Assembly: GCA_000934665.2 (NCBI GenBank)
Contig: JYFJ02003977.1
Coordinates: 1-35,867 of the forward strand
Direction of reading: 5' to 3'
DNA from: Catajapyx aquilonaris
Taxonomy: Eukaryota
Length of the DNA stretch: 35,867 bases
Positions 10,774 through 25,247 of the stretch are shown here, piece after piece. Below the pieces are notes generated by a model that saw only the letters and a program-made list of their open reading frames with translations, was not told the DNA's origin and ran no database searches. Every line of letters starts with the position of its first letter. The first letter of the stretch is position 1. The position numbers were made by a program, and so were the translations under genes.

Positions 10774-13700
10774 GTGGGTGAACTTTGATATCAGACATTC
10801 TATATGAAAGAGTAGCTAAGATAAATTTCAATGAGCAGGAGAAAAAGAGAATAAAATATATCAAGTGTTTTAATGCAATGGGGTGTTATAATTATATGTC
10901 CTTTAGGTGGTATGGTTTGCGTGACTTGATGGTCCTGAGCCCTGTCAACGGTGCAATGGAGTCTGAAAGCATGACCCGCCTTGTCCTGAGTTCAGCCCTG
11001 TTAGCTCTGTCCAACAGCAGGTGTCGCATCCCACTCTTTCTTCTCTTGAGGCAAGGGAAGAGCCTCTTCTATCAGGGGGTGTGCCAGGGAGGAGGCGTAC
11101 AAACACATTTTGACATGGTACTGCTCAACAGAATACCACCTAATTGCAACCATCTTGCTGGTGAGTGGGGCCAGAGTAATTTGCCACAATCTAGCTGGTT
11201 TTTGTTGTTGTTGTTGTTGCTTTATCTTATAAAAGTTTCATTGATCTAAATAATAGTGTCTCCTCTCTAAAGGCCTTCTGGATATGTTCAAGTGCAAGCT
11301 GGCAAGTGCCTGCCCAATGTCTCCTGTGAGAGTGTCCATCAGATTTACCTATGCAGTAAGTGAATGGACCTGGTGGCCTAAAGATCCTCCAGAAATTGGT
11401 GCAGGAACAGGAGGAGGTGGGCCTGATGATGACGACCCATGGTCCCTAGGCCACCTTCCATTTGGGGCATATGAAGAACCTTTGGCTAAGCTCGTGCTGT
11501 ATTCCAGTTGGCCACAGCTCACTGAAGATGTACTTGTGGATGCAGACTCCTACTCAGACCTTGATCCCCTGCAGGCCCCTAAGTACGTTAGTCAAATGCA
11601 ATACTTTGCTTCAGGTGGTTTGATTTCTTACTCTCTAAGCCTGGATTGTGGAATCAATTCTAAGGCAGAACAAGTGAATGATTGAATATTATTTTTAATA
11701 CTGTTATCAAGTATGACTAACAAGGATCAACCACTTGGTGTGGATTTATAATTACACATGATCCATGTATGAGAAAGTCAAAATTTAGCATATTAATTTT
11801 TACAATATGTGAAAATTTTGTGTATTTTCTCCCCTGCACAGGTGGTCACTGCGTGCTCAGTCTCCCCCACACACTCCTGCTTGCCTCTTGTCAGACTGCA
11901 TTAGTGAGACCCTGGCATTGTGTAGACGGAGGGACTCATTCCAGCAGGTCTTGGGTCGGAGCCTGCTTGACTCGGAAGATGACAAGGACCCTTCTATTGC
12001 TCTTTCACTGGACCGCCTTGCTGATTCACACTCTCCCTACTCCTCTGTGTTGAGGTGGACTGTCGGAGCAGCAGCTGACAGGAACACTGCAAGAAGGGGC
12101 AGCAGTAGGAGGAAGACACTCCCAGACCTCTTTTCAGGACCAATCCCGAAGGACCAGCTAACCAGGATACTTTTTTACTTGTTTCCTGATGCACAGGAAG
12201 CAAATCCAGTAAGTGACAAACATTTGCTTTGAAAATTTACACTGACAACTCTTTAATGGTTTGCAGAATCATCCATATCCAGAGCCTCTTGGAACTTGGA
12301 ACCAGCCAGATGATTCTATCTTTGCTGCTTACAAGGTAAATTGTTCTTTAATTGCTACAGCAAGTAGGAGAACTGGAAATAGTCCATATTGATTTTTTAA
12401 AGTGTAGTGGAGAACAGTGACATGTTTCGAAAGTGAATCTTTTAATATTTTCCACAATCTTTCACTTGAACGTGTCATTTCTGTCCATCATCAAGTAAAT
12501 TCGCCACATGCTTTTTCACTCACCCCTGATTAGTCGGACAAAATGTGAATTTTGGGTGAATCTGGTACAGTCAGAGTGAATCGGGTGAACACTCCATGTA
12601 AATCATTGATTTTTGGTGAATCTCATGTTTTTGTTGGAATGCATTGTGATCAGGAACAGCTGCAAGGGCTGAAGTCATGCCCTCGAGATGGGCTTGTTTG
12701 GAGGCTGTGCATCACCCTGGCCCACTGCCTGACAGCCCTGGGAGGCCTTCCAGCTGCAGCTCATCTCTGGCAGGAAGTGGTGCTTGAACTGAGGTTCAGA
12801 TGGGATAATTCCATACTTGTGCCTGGGTGAGTGCCTCAGATTTAATTTTACTAATACTAATTTTTACTTTTTTACTTTACTAATTTTCTGTTGGAGTGTT
12901 AAGAATGTTATAAGGGGCACAATATTTCCAAGTGGACATGCATGCAGAGCCAAAGTGTTGATTAAGAATGGGTAAAAATTTGCTTTCCTTAAATGTATTC
13001 ACATATTGGGCAGTACTTTTGGATGTAATTTGAGAGAATCACTGTATTATACTTCTGATGGAAAACAACACCTCTGCATAAATTCAACAGGTAGGTGTTA
13101 TTCCAAGCCAAGAATGAAGGACAACAACACAGAAACAACTAGAGTTTACACAAATGCTGGTATATATCGGTTATTGACTGCCATTGCAGAGGGTCAATTA
13201 TTCATCATGCATGGGATCAGTCATGCCTCTGGTTTTTAGTTGCTTCAGCTCTTCAAATAAACCAAACCAAACCCATTCAGTAGCCCTAGTTTTCTGCTCA
13301 GAGAAGAACTTTTTAGAGGCACATAAGCTGACAGACCACAGTAAATAAAAATTCGACTTGAAAAAATTTATTACAAATCTCTTTTGTACAATTTTGTGTG
13401 CATGTACAGGAAAGAGGCGGCATAAAATTGGTGTAATGAAGTGGTTTTTAAAACATTCTTGCACACATTTGCACTTTACTGAAATCTTGAAACTGAAATT
13501 ACAACCGCCATTACAAGTTTATTCTCATTGTGTACCATGAGGAATTCTCTTATGTAAAGGCTACGTTACGTATTTTACCCATGGAATATTGTTGCATGGA
13601 ATTTGTTCATGTACAACACAAGTGGGCATCCTGAGTGCAAATGTGTATTGTAGATGTGCCTAGTGTAATAATTAAGAAGGTAACCTCTTTGAGAAAGATG

Positions 13701-16700
13701 CAGTGATGCTTTGAAATATTATGACTCTCCCAATTTTATAAAGTAAATTACATTTTTAAAAGCCATATGAAACTATCCTGTTCATTGCAAATCATATTAG
13801 ATCAATGACTAGGCAGCCTATACCATTTGATTGAGACTTATCCAAGGGTTGCAGTGGAAATTTGGCAATTATCATGGGAACTTAATTGCATTCCTGAATG
13901 TTTATAATGTAAGTTACCATCGCATGCCCAAACTTCCACTGCTACCTTGTATAGACAGCTTACAGGGCATTCATTGATCATGTTAGTCAGGCTCAAATTA
14001 AAGAATTCACAAATTTTGTTGGCAGCTAGATCAATATCAGGCAAAGATCATCAAGTTGGACACATCAATGCAAATATCAGTCATTTATGCAGCAATAAAT
14101 ATAGATTTGTGTAACAGGGAGGGGAAACTTCGGATGCAGCACTCTCACCATAGTTTGTGACACAACAATCATCACACACACTATTGTTGGCACATGGATC
14201 AGGTCCTTATTTCCCTGCAATGTCCATATTTTGCCAAGCTAGAGTGGTATGAGGTCAGTTCGTGTCGCAGGCCTCGAGACGTAAATGTCGAGGTCATGGT
14301 CGGTCCAGTTATCCCAGGTGTGCCTGCCTGAGTTGTTGTTGGCTGATGGAACATGCATATGCTGGGCATGTGAGTGCAGGGAGTCGATGGACATGCTGGC
14401 ACTGGCCCTGCTGCTAGACCGTAAGGGAGTGTGATGTCTCCAGGAGTGGTGCTGAACATGGTGGTGATGGTGGTGGTGGGGGCCATGGTGGCTGTGGATG
14501 CTAGCCCTTGAGTGGCGCCCATCCAGAAGGTGGCTGTGACTTCGAGCAAATGAACCTGGAAAGGCAGGTGCATGAAGAAAAGAATGATTCAATTATGTGA
14601 CATATTGGACATCAAAACCACTGTGGTACTTGATGTGTGCAAACCACATCAAAGGAGTTTTGCACTAAGTTTTTGGTGTTGATGTACATCAAATAATATT
14701 GTGCCTTTACTTCTGAACCCCATGGAAAGAATGATGCCATGCAATAATGTCTTAGCGATAGTTGTCTTACTACATGAATTTATGAAAGCTTTCTTTGTAA
14801 ATGAAAGTACTGTATGTATTTCTAATTGTCAAAAGAAGGGGATGTGGGATCTGAAACTATTCATATAGCTCTACATCTTATGCAATAGAACAGCTTAATA
14901 TGGAGAAAAATTATATGGAAATATTAAGAGACATACTTTTATAATGTAGTACTTGGTTTAGAATGGTTAAATTTAAGATTGATTGAGACTTTAAAATGTC
15001 TAAATACAGGCTTTTCATGCAAAAGTGTGTGGAGAAAAAGAAACTTGAACATTTCAGTATTCCATTAAATTTTGTATTGACCTCCCAATTAGCGAACAAT
15101 CCTGACTTGTTGGGCAAGCATTGTGAGCATTAGTTTTATCAAGAGCTAGCTATTGGTTCTATCAAGCTCTTGGTTCTATCCATTTCTGCCTTTCGAAGCA
15201 CATGAACATGAGTCTGGTGTGGATGGTTAGGATGGGTGGTGGTAGAAATTGCCCTTGGCATGTATTCCTCTGTACAAGGCAGAAATAGGCGAACTTGGTG
15301 GCTATAAGCAGTGCTGCAGAGTAATATTATCAGGGCCCTTCTGTCATCAAGAGATCATACAATTATGTATTTAGTGGCCATTAAGTTTCTCTCATAACTT
15401 TTCAAGACAATATTTAATTGCATAACGTCGGCCGGCGATCAAAACTTCGTAACTCCTCAAGACCAAATTTTACAGGAGGGACAAAAAACATTTTGTAAAA
15501 TCATGTTTTCTGTTCATGCTGACAATTATTCCTACAGTATAGCATAACGTAAACCTTGCCTTTCATGAGGATGATGTTGAATTCATGTACACCGTTGCAA
15601 AGTTGTGCAAAGGGACTTACAAGGTACGTAAGTCCATTTTCGCGCAAAATGGAGTTACGAGGTTTTGATCGCCAGCCGATGATAAGTGCTATTTCAGTTA
15701 ATTAACCCGAATAGCTTCTGTTGCACACTGATAATTTTACCAACACGTCGGGTTCTAGTCAGGTTTCTTTATTTTAAAAAACCTAACCCCACCACATATT
15801 GGACCATTTTTTTATAGGAAATTAAGAGAGAATAGAGTGAATCCCTGCTATGCAGTTGGGGCCATCCATGAAGGATATCACTGATTTTTTCCACATTAAG
15901 AAATTTCCTCCCTCGCATCAGGTCCTGTTACAAATGCCTAAATCATGTGAAACATTGTGACGTTGGAATGGAATTTGTATTGCTAGGTATTGTGTGAAAT
16001 TAATGTGCAAGTTCTACTATTATTTGAGCTAGCTCTTTTCAGTTCCCAAAGATTTCCAAAATTCTAACAGCAATATTAGTTATATCAGGATAAATTTTTC
16101 CAACACTAATATGGTGATAAAATAGAAAGGAAACTTGTAAAGTTCTGTTATAGAGCCCCTAGCTCAATCTTTAGTGTGAAAGTAAGTTAGATCTTGCTTA
16201 TTCATCTCAGCAGGATCTGCATCATTCCAGACTCATCCCTGCCAGCCTGGTATCCTTTTTGCATGGCCCCATTTGAAGACAGTTCTGTAGTCCTTTTCAA
16301 GTACATAGTTGGTGCTAAATGTGCAGATAATAGGATTTGTGCATGGTGTACTGAAGCAAGCCAACAGTGCTGCATTATGTTCAGGTTGAGTTAATTCATG
16401 GTGCAGGAAGTGATTACACTTGTGAACAATATCCCCAAACCATTGCATTGTCATTAGAAGTGCAAGAGAATCAAGAAGTTAGGTACCATGCGTAGATAAT
16501 CGCCGTACCTTTTGAACTCGCCCCCCCACAAATATTGGGCATACTTAGAGCTGCACAAGCTCACTTTCACGTAGATAGCCCGCCTCTTTGTTTAGTAAAG
16601 CTTCCTGCCACAAGCTGGCAACCGAGCCTGCGACAACAGAGCAGCACAAAACTTGGGGTTAGCGAATGATGGAAAGCCAAAGAGCAATGGAAGGAAAACT

Positions 16701-19700
16701 GCTTTAGACATAACACATGCTGAGACTGACCTGGTCTGCTGGTGGATGGTGCTGGAGTGGATGGTTTGGAAATACCACCATTGCTTAAGGGCAGCATGGC
16801 AGTGCTTCTGGAGAGATTACGGGCTGAGTTTGTGGCTGTTGTGCGGGTGCTAAGTTGAGATATGTGTGACCTCGCATCGTCTGGTACATAACCAGATGTC
16901 ATTGTTCCTCCTGAAATGGGCATTGTTGATTTGGCCTGTTTGGGCGTAAAACTGGAAGACTTACCCAATCTGTCCATGTGATAGACCTTGGCCCTAGGGA
17001 TGCTTCTTCCACTCACCACTGAGAGCTGGTCCCAGTCTTTGGAAGGGCTGAGAGTACCTAGACTGGCCAAAGGAGGTGCCCCAAGGCTCAAGGAATGTGC
17101 ACCTGATGGCCAACCAACAAGATTCAATTATTACCTCGTTGACATTCCCCATCGCAATTCTAGTACCTGCCAATGTTGAGCTGAGCTTGGAGGCCTTGTC
17201 TTTTGACTTCCTCCTGGTGGTTGCGATGAAAATGACTACAGCAACGATAACTGTCGCGCAAATAGCTGCACTAGCGGCTATGGTGACCCTGTCCATGTTG
17301 CTGGATGATGAACCATTTGTTCTTATTTCCCTGCACTGAGGCTGGGGAACTGTCTCTGGTGTCAGGTCGCTGTCTTCCAGCAGCACCACACACACCACCA
17401 CGCATTCTTGGGATGGAACATTCCTGATCTTAAACTCCCTCTCTGATGGTGCCAAAGGAGGTCCCATTTTGAATGAATTATCGCCAAAGAGTCGGTACAG
17501 GACCCGGAACCCAAGAAGGTTGAGTGCACGTGATGTCCACTGGATGACAACTGCACCATCTTGCCTGTACGCTTCTTTGACGCTGACCTCAGGAGTCTGT
17601 TGTCTAGGATATAGCAGATTTGGTGAAGGTGGTTGAGGATGGTGATTGTTGCTTCCCAAGACCAGATTGGGCCAGGGGCTGCTGGGAGTGGCTGCTGCTG
17701 ACCCAGGCCGAGGTCTGCCCCTGGTGTTAAATGTTGGGCGTGAAGGAGCAGGAGGAGCTTGTGGAGGCGTTGGACGTGGAGGGGGCAGCGGACGGGCAGT
17801 GGATGGCTGTGGCGAAGGCGATTCCGTTGATGATGGCGTGTCTTTGACGCTAACACGGATGCTGGTTTCCGTCACCACTCTTGTCTCAGTGCGGTTTTCA
17901 CACGTCAGTTCTGAAACAATTCAAATGTACACTACTCCTTACGAAGAAAGTGACGCAACATGTAGCATGAAGAGACGTCAAGTTATGTTGCAAAATGAGA
18001 CAGACTTTATTGTCCACTCCCGTACCTTTTGGATTCAACTGGTAGAAGCTCCTGGCCCGGAACTCTTGCGGAAATCCGCAAAATTGCGGATTCCTCTCGC
18101 GGCTAGTGACCTGCAGGTCGAGGTCGCGGATCCACTCAGTGAGCCACCTCAGCCGGCAGTCGCATACGAGGAATCGGCCACCGAGGCTAAGACCCCGCAG
18201 GGTGCCATTCAGGTGCGAAAGAGTGCCCTCCGGGACTGTTGCCAACGGGTTTCCATCCACTGCCAGGAGGGTCAGCGCCCCGAGGGCCTTGAACGAATCC
18301 TCACCCAGCTCCGGGATCAAGTTGAACCCGATGTCCAGCACCTGACAACAATCCGTTCACACCTTGAAACACCTGTAATTGGCGCGTGTGCTCACCTGTC
18401 TCCCACAATATTACTGTATATGTACATACTGCGCTCCAATAGTTTCAAACAATGTTGCACTGCATTGTGCCCAGAGAAAATGTGCAAAGATATAAAATGG
18501 TCTGGCTCAAGGGGCTGATAAGTGGCTTCCTGTTTGACGGCAAGGAATTTCGTCATACATTACCGCCCTCCACATAACAAAAAAATATAAAATGAAGGGT
18601 TTGGAACGAATCGTGACGGAATGAATGAATCGATGAGCGAGGAAGTAATGCGGAAGTTGACCGTGATGGGCAATTTTGCAGGGATGATTTAGGTGGAGAA
18701 AGTCCCACCATGCGAATAAATCTATCCACAACTTGTGTTTACATTGTTCGTCCCTCGTGAAAATTGCATGTCCACTTAACCGTATGTGACGAAACCGGGC
18801 TTGCACAATTCAGAGAATGAGCTGGATAGATGGGGTCAATATGGAGGATTGAGAATGCGGAGATGGGGAAGCCGTGGGGCAAGGTCGAGGCAGCCGGCAC
18901 ACTGACCGACGGAAGGGGTCAGGGGTCGTCTCATCTCAAAATCACGCTCCTTCCAACCAGTTTTCTGGTGAAGCAGGTCACAAAACTGACCCGTCCACTC
19001 TGAAGTCAGAGTCTCACGAACTCCCTTCACCCGTCTTGAAACGACCGAAAAAAACAAACCGGACATGCCAAGGTATTTTTTCGCAACTCGTAGCCAGGAA
19101 CCCCCCCCCCCCCCATGCATACACCACACGTGCACTGAATACACCGGGTATTCAGCACACTTGTTACTCTACTTCCTTTAAAACGGGGGAGCTAGATGGT
19201 TCCAGATACGCCCGAAGTAATTTACGACCCTGCACTCCGATATGCACACGTTAAACTGCTTGTTCTGATGAGCGATATGTAGATGTGTTTGTTTCAATGT
19301 AGAGACAGGTTGCAGCTGTCACGTACCGAAACCATTTTTCCTAACGGTTAGCAGTAGTAAGCGATTCGTTCCATTAAATGCTGGGGGTCATAAATCTAGC
19401 CATGTGCTCGGATTTTGATTACGGCGTTGTGACTGCCAGTTACATGACCATAAATTAATGATTATGCGAGGCTCATCTCTCATGGCGCGTTGAAGTCTCC
19501 AGTTGTAGAGAGAGTGGGCAATGCCCTTGTTGCGCATGCATGCGGTAACTAGGATTTCACTATTACATAGTGGTGCGTGCTTCACTTTGTGTACATTTTG
19601 TATATTTTATTACCGGGATAACAGCTAGTTACTCACCCTGAGCTCGGGCAGGACGGACAAAGCCGATGTTGGGAACTCAGTAAGCAAATTGTTGAGCAAA

Positions 19701-22700
19701 CTGAGAGAGCTGAGGGTGTCGTTGACGCTCTGGAATGCTTCCGGTTGTAGCTGCTGAAGAAGGTTGCGCTCCAAATTCAGAGCAGTCAGCGCATGCAACC
19801 CCTAAAGGAAAATAGTGCATTACAAACGACACATGTATCGTGGTAACTCAACTGGTTACCTGAAACGCATCGCGGGGGATGTCCCGGATCATGTTTTGAG
19901 CCAAGTCCAGGAAAGCCAGGCTGGACAGGTTGGCGATGGCCACTGGGACGCGGGGCAGCCGACAACCTTTCAGGTTGAGGTTCTTTAGGGTTGGCTTGAG
20001 GGCGGTGAAGGCTCCAGCGCCAAGGGTTAGATTGGAGTTGTCTGCCATCTTGAGCGTGGCCAGAGGAAGACCTCTGAATGTCGTGGGGGACTCGATGCGA
20101 CCTAGCGAACACGAGCTGAGGTCAAGTAGCGCCAGGTTGCGGAGTGGTCGAAGGGCAGCCGAGGGTACGGAGCCCAGGGGGTTTTGCTGGAGGTTTAGGT
20201 TGCGTAGACTCGTTTCCAGGCCTACGAACGCCTCCGACGATATTTTCTGCAAAGAGTCTTGATTGTACCGTCCTTCTGTAAGAACACCTGAATTGTTGCC
20301 TACCTGTACGCGGCAGTTGGATAGCTGAAGACTGTTGATGTGCAGAGGGACGAAAGCTTTGGGAGGTATATCAGGTATAGTGGAATTAGCCAGATGCAAG
20401 AGGTCCAGCATCAGGGGCTGCCCTTTATCTATCTGCTTGCGAAGAGCCGCTAACAGCAGGGTGGCGTTGACCTGACTGCATTGTATGGACAAGCCTCGCT
20501 CTGGACTGTTGGCGCAGAGGCAGTTGGTTTGCAACTCAGCCTCTTCTTCACCCCAGGGGCAGGCCCCCGCCCCCATCGCCAGCAGGAGAGGCACCAGGAC
20601 GAGCCACATTGCTGCCTGCCTGAAACGAGGAATCACAACAATGCACGGTTGAGAAAGCAAGCACACAACCGGACAGGAAACGGTGTGAAGAATAAGGATC
20701 CGGAGAATGAAACAGGCGGCGACCTGTAACGGGAACTCGGAAGGAAACGCGGCGCCTTTTCGTACGTTGCCGTTCTGTTGCCAAGCAAGGGACGTCCCGT
20801 GGTCATCACTTGTGCTTTTCTCTAAATGGCATGTCAGCGAGTCACGTGTAAAGACCGAGTGAGTGAAGTGAGGAATGCGTTGTTTTGCATGCGGGTCGGG
20901 GAGTAGTAACAGGTGGCGTCCAGCACGGCGTTGGAAGTGCAAGGACCTGGCAGCACTCGAGTGGAACTGTACAAACCCACATGGTTTGAGGAGCCTTTTC
21001 ATATCGGACCGGCCATGCTGCACCATCTTTGGAAGACGGTTCCATCAGAGTGATGGCTCCTTCCATTACTTCCGTACCCACATGCCCATCTTGATGTTCC
21101 CGTAACTGCATTCTAGTGAATGGGGAGACCACATGAGAAAAGTACACGTGCGGGCTCCTAACTTGCGAAAGTGAAACGTTTGCAGGCACGAGACAGGAAT
21201 TAGGAAGCAAAAGATGTCGCAGTGGTGCTTCCTTCAGAAGAATCGACGGAAATGGTGCGTAAATGTGGGAATAAAGGAAGGAAGGAAGCCTCATCAAAGG
21301 AAAGAGTGTTGATGCAAGTTCCTCTTACGCAATTTGGATTGAAGGAACGGAAGGCTTGCATTCGAAATTGTTTCCAACGGTATGCATGGAAAAACCTCAG
21401 GAGGAGGAGAGGTCATCCAGTTTGACTAGCACCCGTGACCGATACTTACGTAACTTTATACGCGCCACTGCTTGTCAGCTTGGTCTTTACCTTCTAACTG
21501 TCGCCTTATGCGTTTATTAACCAGGAAAGATATGTCGCAATTACGCATGCAGTTAGCTGAGGTCCTGTTTCCCCAACAGTTTTTATACGTAAACCATGCA
21601 GTTAAAGCAATTTAACTGGCTGGGATACAGTAATCGCAGTAGGGATGCTCTAATTGGAAATGAGGAGAGAACCATTTTGTTTCACAATGGAAGGGGGTAA
21701 TAAGAAGCGAAAAAAAAGGTGGCAAAAGTAAAAACTGTACATTGCATGCCGTAATGAGGGTAGTATTCACTTAGGCGAGAGTTTGTCGTGCACATTAGTA
21801 AGGGCGTATGTTGTGTAATTTTGGAAGGCGTAGGTGTGTAGGTTATGGTTTCAATTTTTGAGAGGAAGTGTGAGGAAGGATCCTGTTGGGCCCGTTGGTA
21901 CCACGCAAGTGGTCAAATGGAGGTGAGCAGGAAATTTTGAAGGAGGGTATAGCCGCCTGATGGATGACCCTGGGTCACTCCCGCTGCTGCCCACCCTGTC
22001 CCGTTAGTCCAGTGTCCTTCAACCAGATGACCTGGTTTTTCTTCTTCTTCAAACTACACGGAGACAATCTGTTTAGTCCACAACTGCTTTCTTTTCCTTT
22101 TTCCTTGGAATCAGGTTTAATTCGGTAATTTATTATTCTGGTCTTCGATATCCACAACATTAAAAAGCTCAGGATGTTAATGATGAAAGGGTTTAACTGC
22201 TCAACCTGCATGACCAACGAAAGTAAAACTAGACGTTTCACGTACAGTATAATAATAACCTAGCGAAAATAATGTTATGAAAATGTAAGTGAACTCGATA
22301 GGCCGCGACTTTTCACGTAATTTTTTGGAAAAATACCATTTTGGTCAACTCTGAAGTAACTACCCTGTGTTGTCATAATTTTGGCATACTTTATTCCCAA
22401 TATTAAACGGAATGTGTGGAAAAAATCTAGGAATAATAATCCGGAAGCGGCTTTCTTTGAGGCGATTATATGAGCAAAGCTCAGCGCAACTAGTTAATTA
22501 CGCAACGCGACACTTTCACCCGCTTTATTGCGTCTTTTTCTATTAGATTCCTTTGAACTGTATGCCGCAATTTGGTTTCAGAGTCGTTTTTTTTTTCTTC
22601 TTCTTCTTTCGAAGGGACAGTACCTGTTGCGCGGTTTGTGAATGTGGTGACAACTCGTGACCGATGATATGAAACGGGAATAAAATTATGAGCATATTTT

Positions 22701-25176
22701 AATGTAAATGAGCTCGGTTTAAGAACAATGACATGCGACTGTCATATAAGTCTTGGCACGAGATAAAACCTGGCGTTTCCTGCCGGGAAGTTTTAAATCA
22801 CATTTGTGAGTCACTTCATGCCTATCTGAATATGCTATACAAGACGTTTTGTATCGTTTGCACTGGAAGTTTTGTTTAAACACCGAGACCAATATCGTGA
22901 TGTTCACAGCTGATCAGTGATCAGTGAGGTGTATCATATTTTACATGCCTCATCAATTTTCTGCTTGACGTTTCAAAGCATAATTTGATAATTGGGCATA
23001 AGAGACCTTCGAATGAACCACTAATGAATTGTGTTACCCAGCTGTTCTGTTGATTACGTTTAAATCCGTCCTTCCCCATGGTTTCGTATGATCAAAATGG
23101 TTTGTGTTCGCGTATGCGAGAAGGCTTGAGATTGTAGTGACGTCACGTAGGTGCATGCCTGATGGTTCCTTGACCGCCCAAAGCCGTGCCCAAAAAAAAG
23201 GCAATAAAAAGTTCAAGTCCAATGTTCCATTATGAGTTTCGCGAGCTAACCGAACATGACGTCACGGATTCTATAACGATTGCGACATAGCCCGGATATT
23301 AATGTATGTCCCGCTAGGCTCAATTAGAGGGAGGGAGATATAGAACCGCGATAGTTGCACAACAAGCAAGGAGTGAATAACAAAAAGGGTTAGATCTGAT
23401 AGCAGCCTGTGTTGTTGACGGGAGGAATTCAGGCTCAACTTTCTTATGCCGAGTGGGCAAAAATGCTGCACCTTTCCAGGAAAATGTTTGACATGGTTTC
23501 AGATCATGTTTTGCAACTCGTGATTGGTTTATAACGTCCCAAGTGCACGATATTTTGTTTATGGCGTTCACAAGTTTCCGCGTCAATTTGACATTTTTAA
23601 AAAAGGTGTGCAAACTGGTTTGTTCATCAAGGAGCTGGGCGGTTAAACAGGAATGTTTATGGGGAACATACTGCACTGTATTAGCTGATTTTTTTATATG
23701 TGTCTCGAGTGAATGATCGCTGCTATGCAGGATACGTGGAAGAAAGGCATCGAGCCTTGCGAGCGATTTTTTTATATAGACATTTTAAGCTTGATGTCCA
23801 GCCAGGGCCATTTGGTTTTTTGACTAGAAGTGTCAACGTTCGTGGTGAAAGGCTTTTGTGTTGCGTTTATTGTTCTTGCAGCGGTTTACTGAAATAATAG
23901 TTGAGTATGACAACCTTTGGCCCTATGTTGAACAAGGGACGGTCATGGCCGATGGCACTTGAAGGCAGCAGGTAGGAATTGCTAACACGAAACTATAGTC
24001 TTAAAACTTGTTTGGGGACCCTGCTGTGCATACAGGCTTAGTCAACGTCTATTTAATAATAAATTACACAACTACTTTATAATCTGCAAGTGGACGCACA
24101 ACGAGTTTAGCGTTGAACTAGGCTATATTGTAGCACACCTGCATGTATCCGCGTCCTTGATACGTTTGAAGTGACACGAATGAACACATTCTTGACCCTT
24201 TCCGTTTTAAAAGCAAATAGTTGTAGTTCGCTGACACTGTACTGAAAGTTTGCAAGTTGCTGACAATTCCGTGCCAAAAGCGACAGCAACCTTCAAACTC
24301 TCCTTGGCAGAAAGTCGTGCAAAACCTACAGTAATTGAAGTACACAATGATATCCTCCACACCGGTTTTGCTCGCCACTCTAATAATCACATGCTGCCGA
24401 CAAGATGCAGTTAAAAAAAAATTGTATACAAGTTTCGCATCTGGAGTGGAAATGCGTACAAGTGGCCCTGATATTAGGCTGGCGGGAATGCAAATTGGTC
24501 AAGAAGAGAACAAGGCGTTGAGAGATGATAGTATAAATAAAAATAATGCCCAGTTGGTCAGCCGACCGTGGGAATCAGGGACAAACTTTCCTATTCGTGT
24601 GAATTTGTTATTTGGGAGCCTTCTCCAGCCCATGCGGACTGTGACTGTCGTAAGTCGAGTGGACATGAAATAGAGCGCGGATCCTTCCAACTTCTAGTGC
24701 GGGCCCGTGACTTTTGGGAACCGGATACCGGGCACCAACCGCGAATTAATTCAGACTATGACTGCACGACAAGGTGGGGGGTGATATGAAATAAGTGGAC
24801 GTGTACCGGAAGTGACAGTTATTTTCGACGTATTACTGGATGTTACAGAGTTGCAAATGATACTTTTTTGTGGATGTCAGATTACTGTTGTAAAGACATT
24901 TTTAGGGTTCAGTAGTGTGTTGAAAATATATATTGTAGTGGAGCTTGTAAAGTGAGAGGGAACATTCTGTTACACGCTGGCCGGTATAGTTTCCAGCCGC
25001 TTTTGGCGCGTAATTTTAATTATCTGAAATATTACGCATTCTTGCCAATGAAAGCAGGGTGCTATGTTGCATTACAGGATCGATTTTCGAGACTCGTTCA
25101 GCTATGCTTTCTTACTAGAAATGTCGGCTATTTCCTTCTTGCCCGAGGAATCTGGCACCTACCACTTCCTGTTGCG

Positions 25177-25247
<71 letters not shown>

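Noticed and set aside
17103..17134. Strong-looking donor GAG|gtaata at 17134 on the minus strand
   Set aside because: Would give a 32-nt frameshifting intron; the donor at 17166 gives a 64-nt intron that keeps frame.
17646..18518. 290-aa plus-strand ORF and other ORFs overlapping Haf-like exons (e.g. 14199-14573, 17362-17856)
   Set aside because: Antisense or alternate-frame shadows of GC-rich coding exons.
20610..21026. 139-codon in-frame extension upstream of the Haf-like signal peptide
   Set aside because: A good acceptor lies 10 nt before ATG 20609, the extension has no domain-like character, and it would bury the signal peptide.
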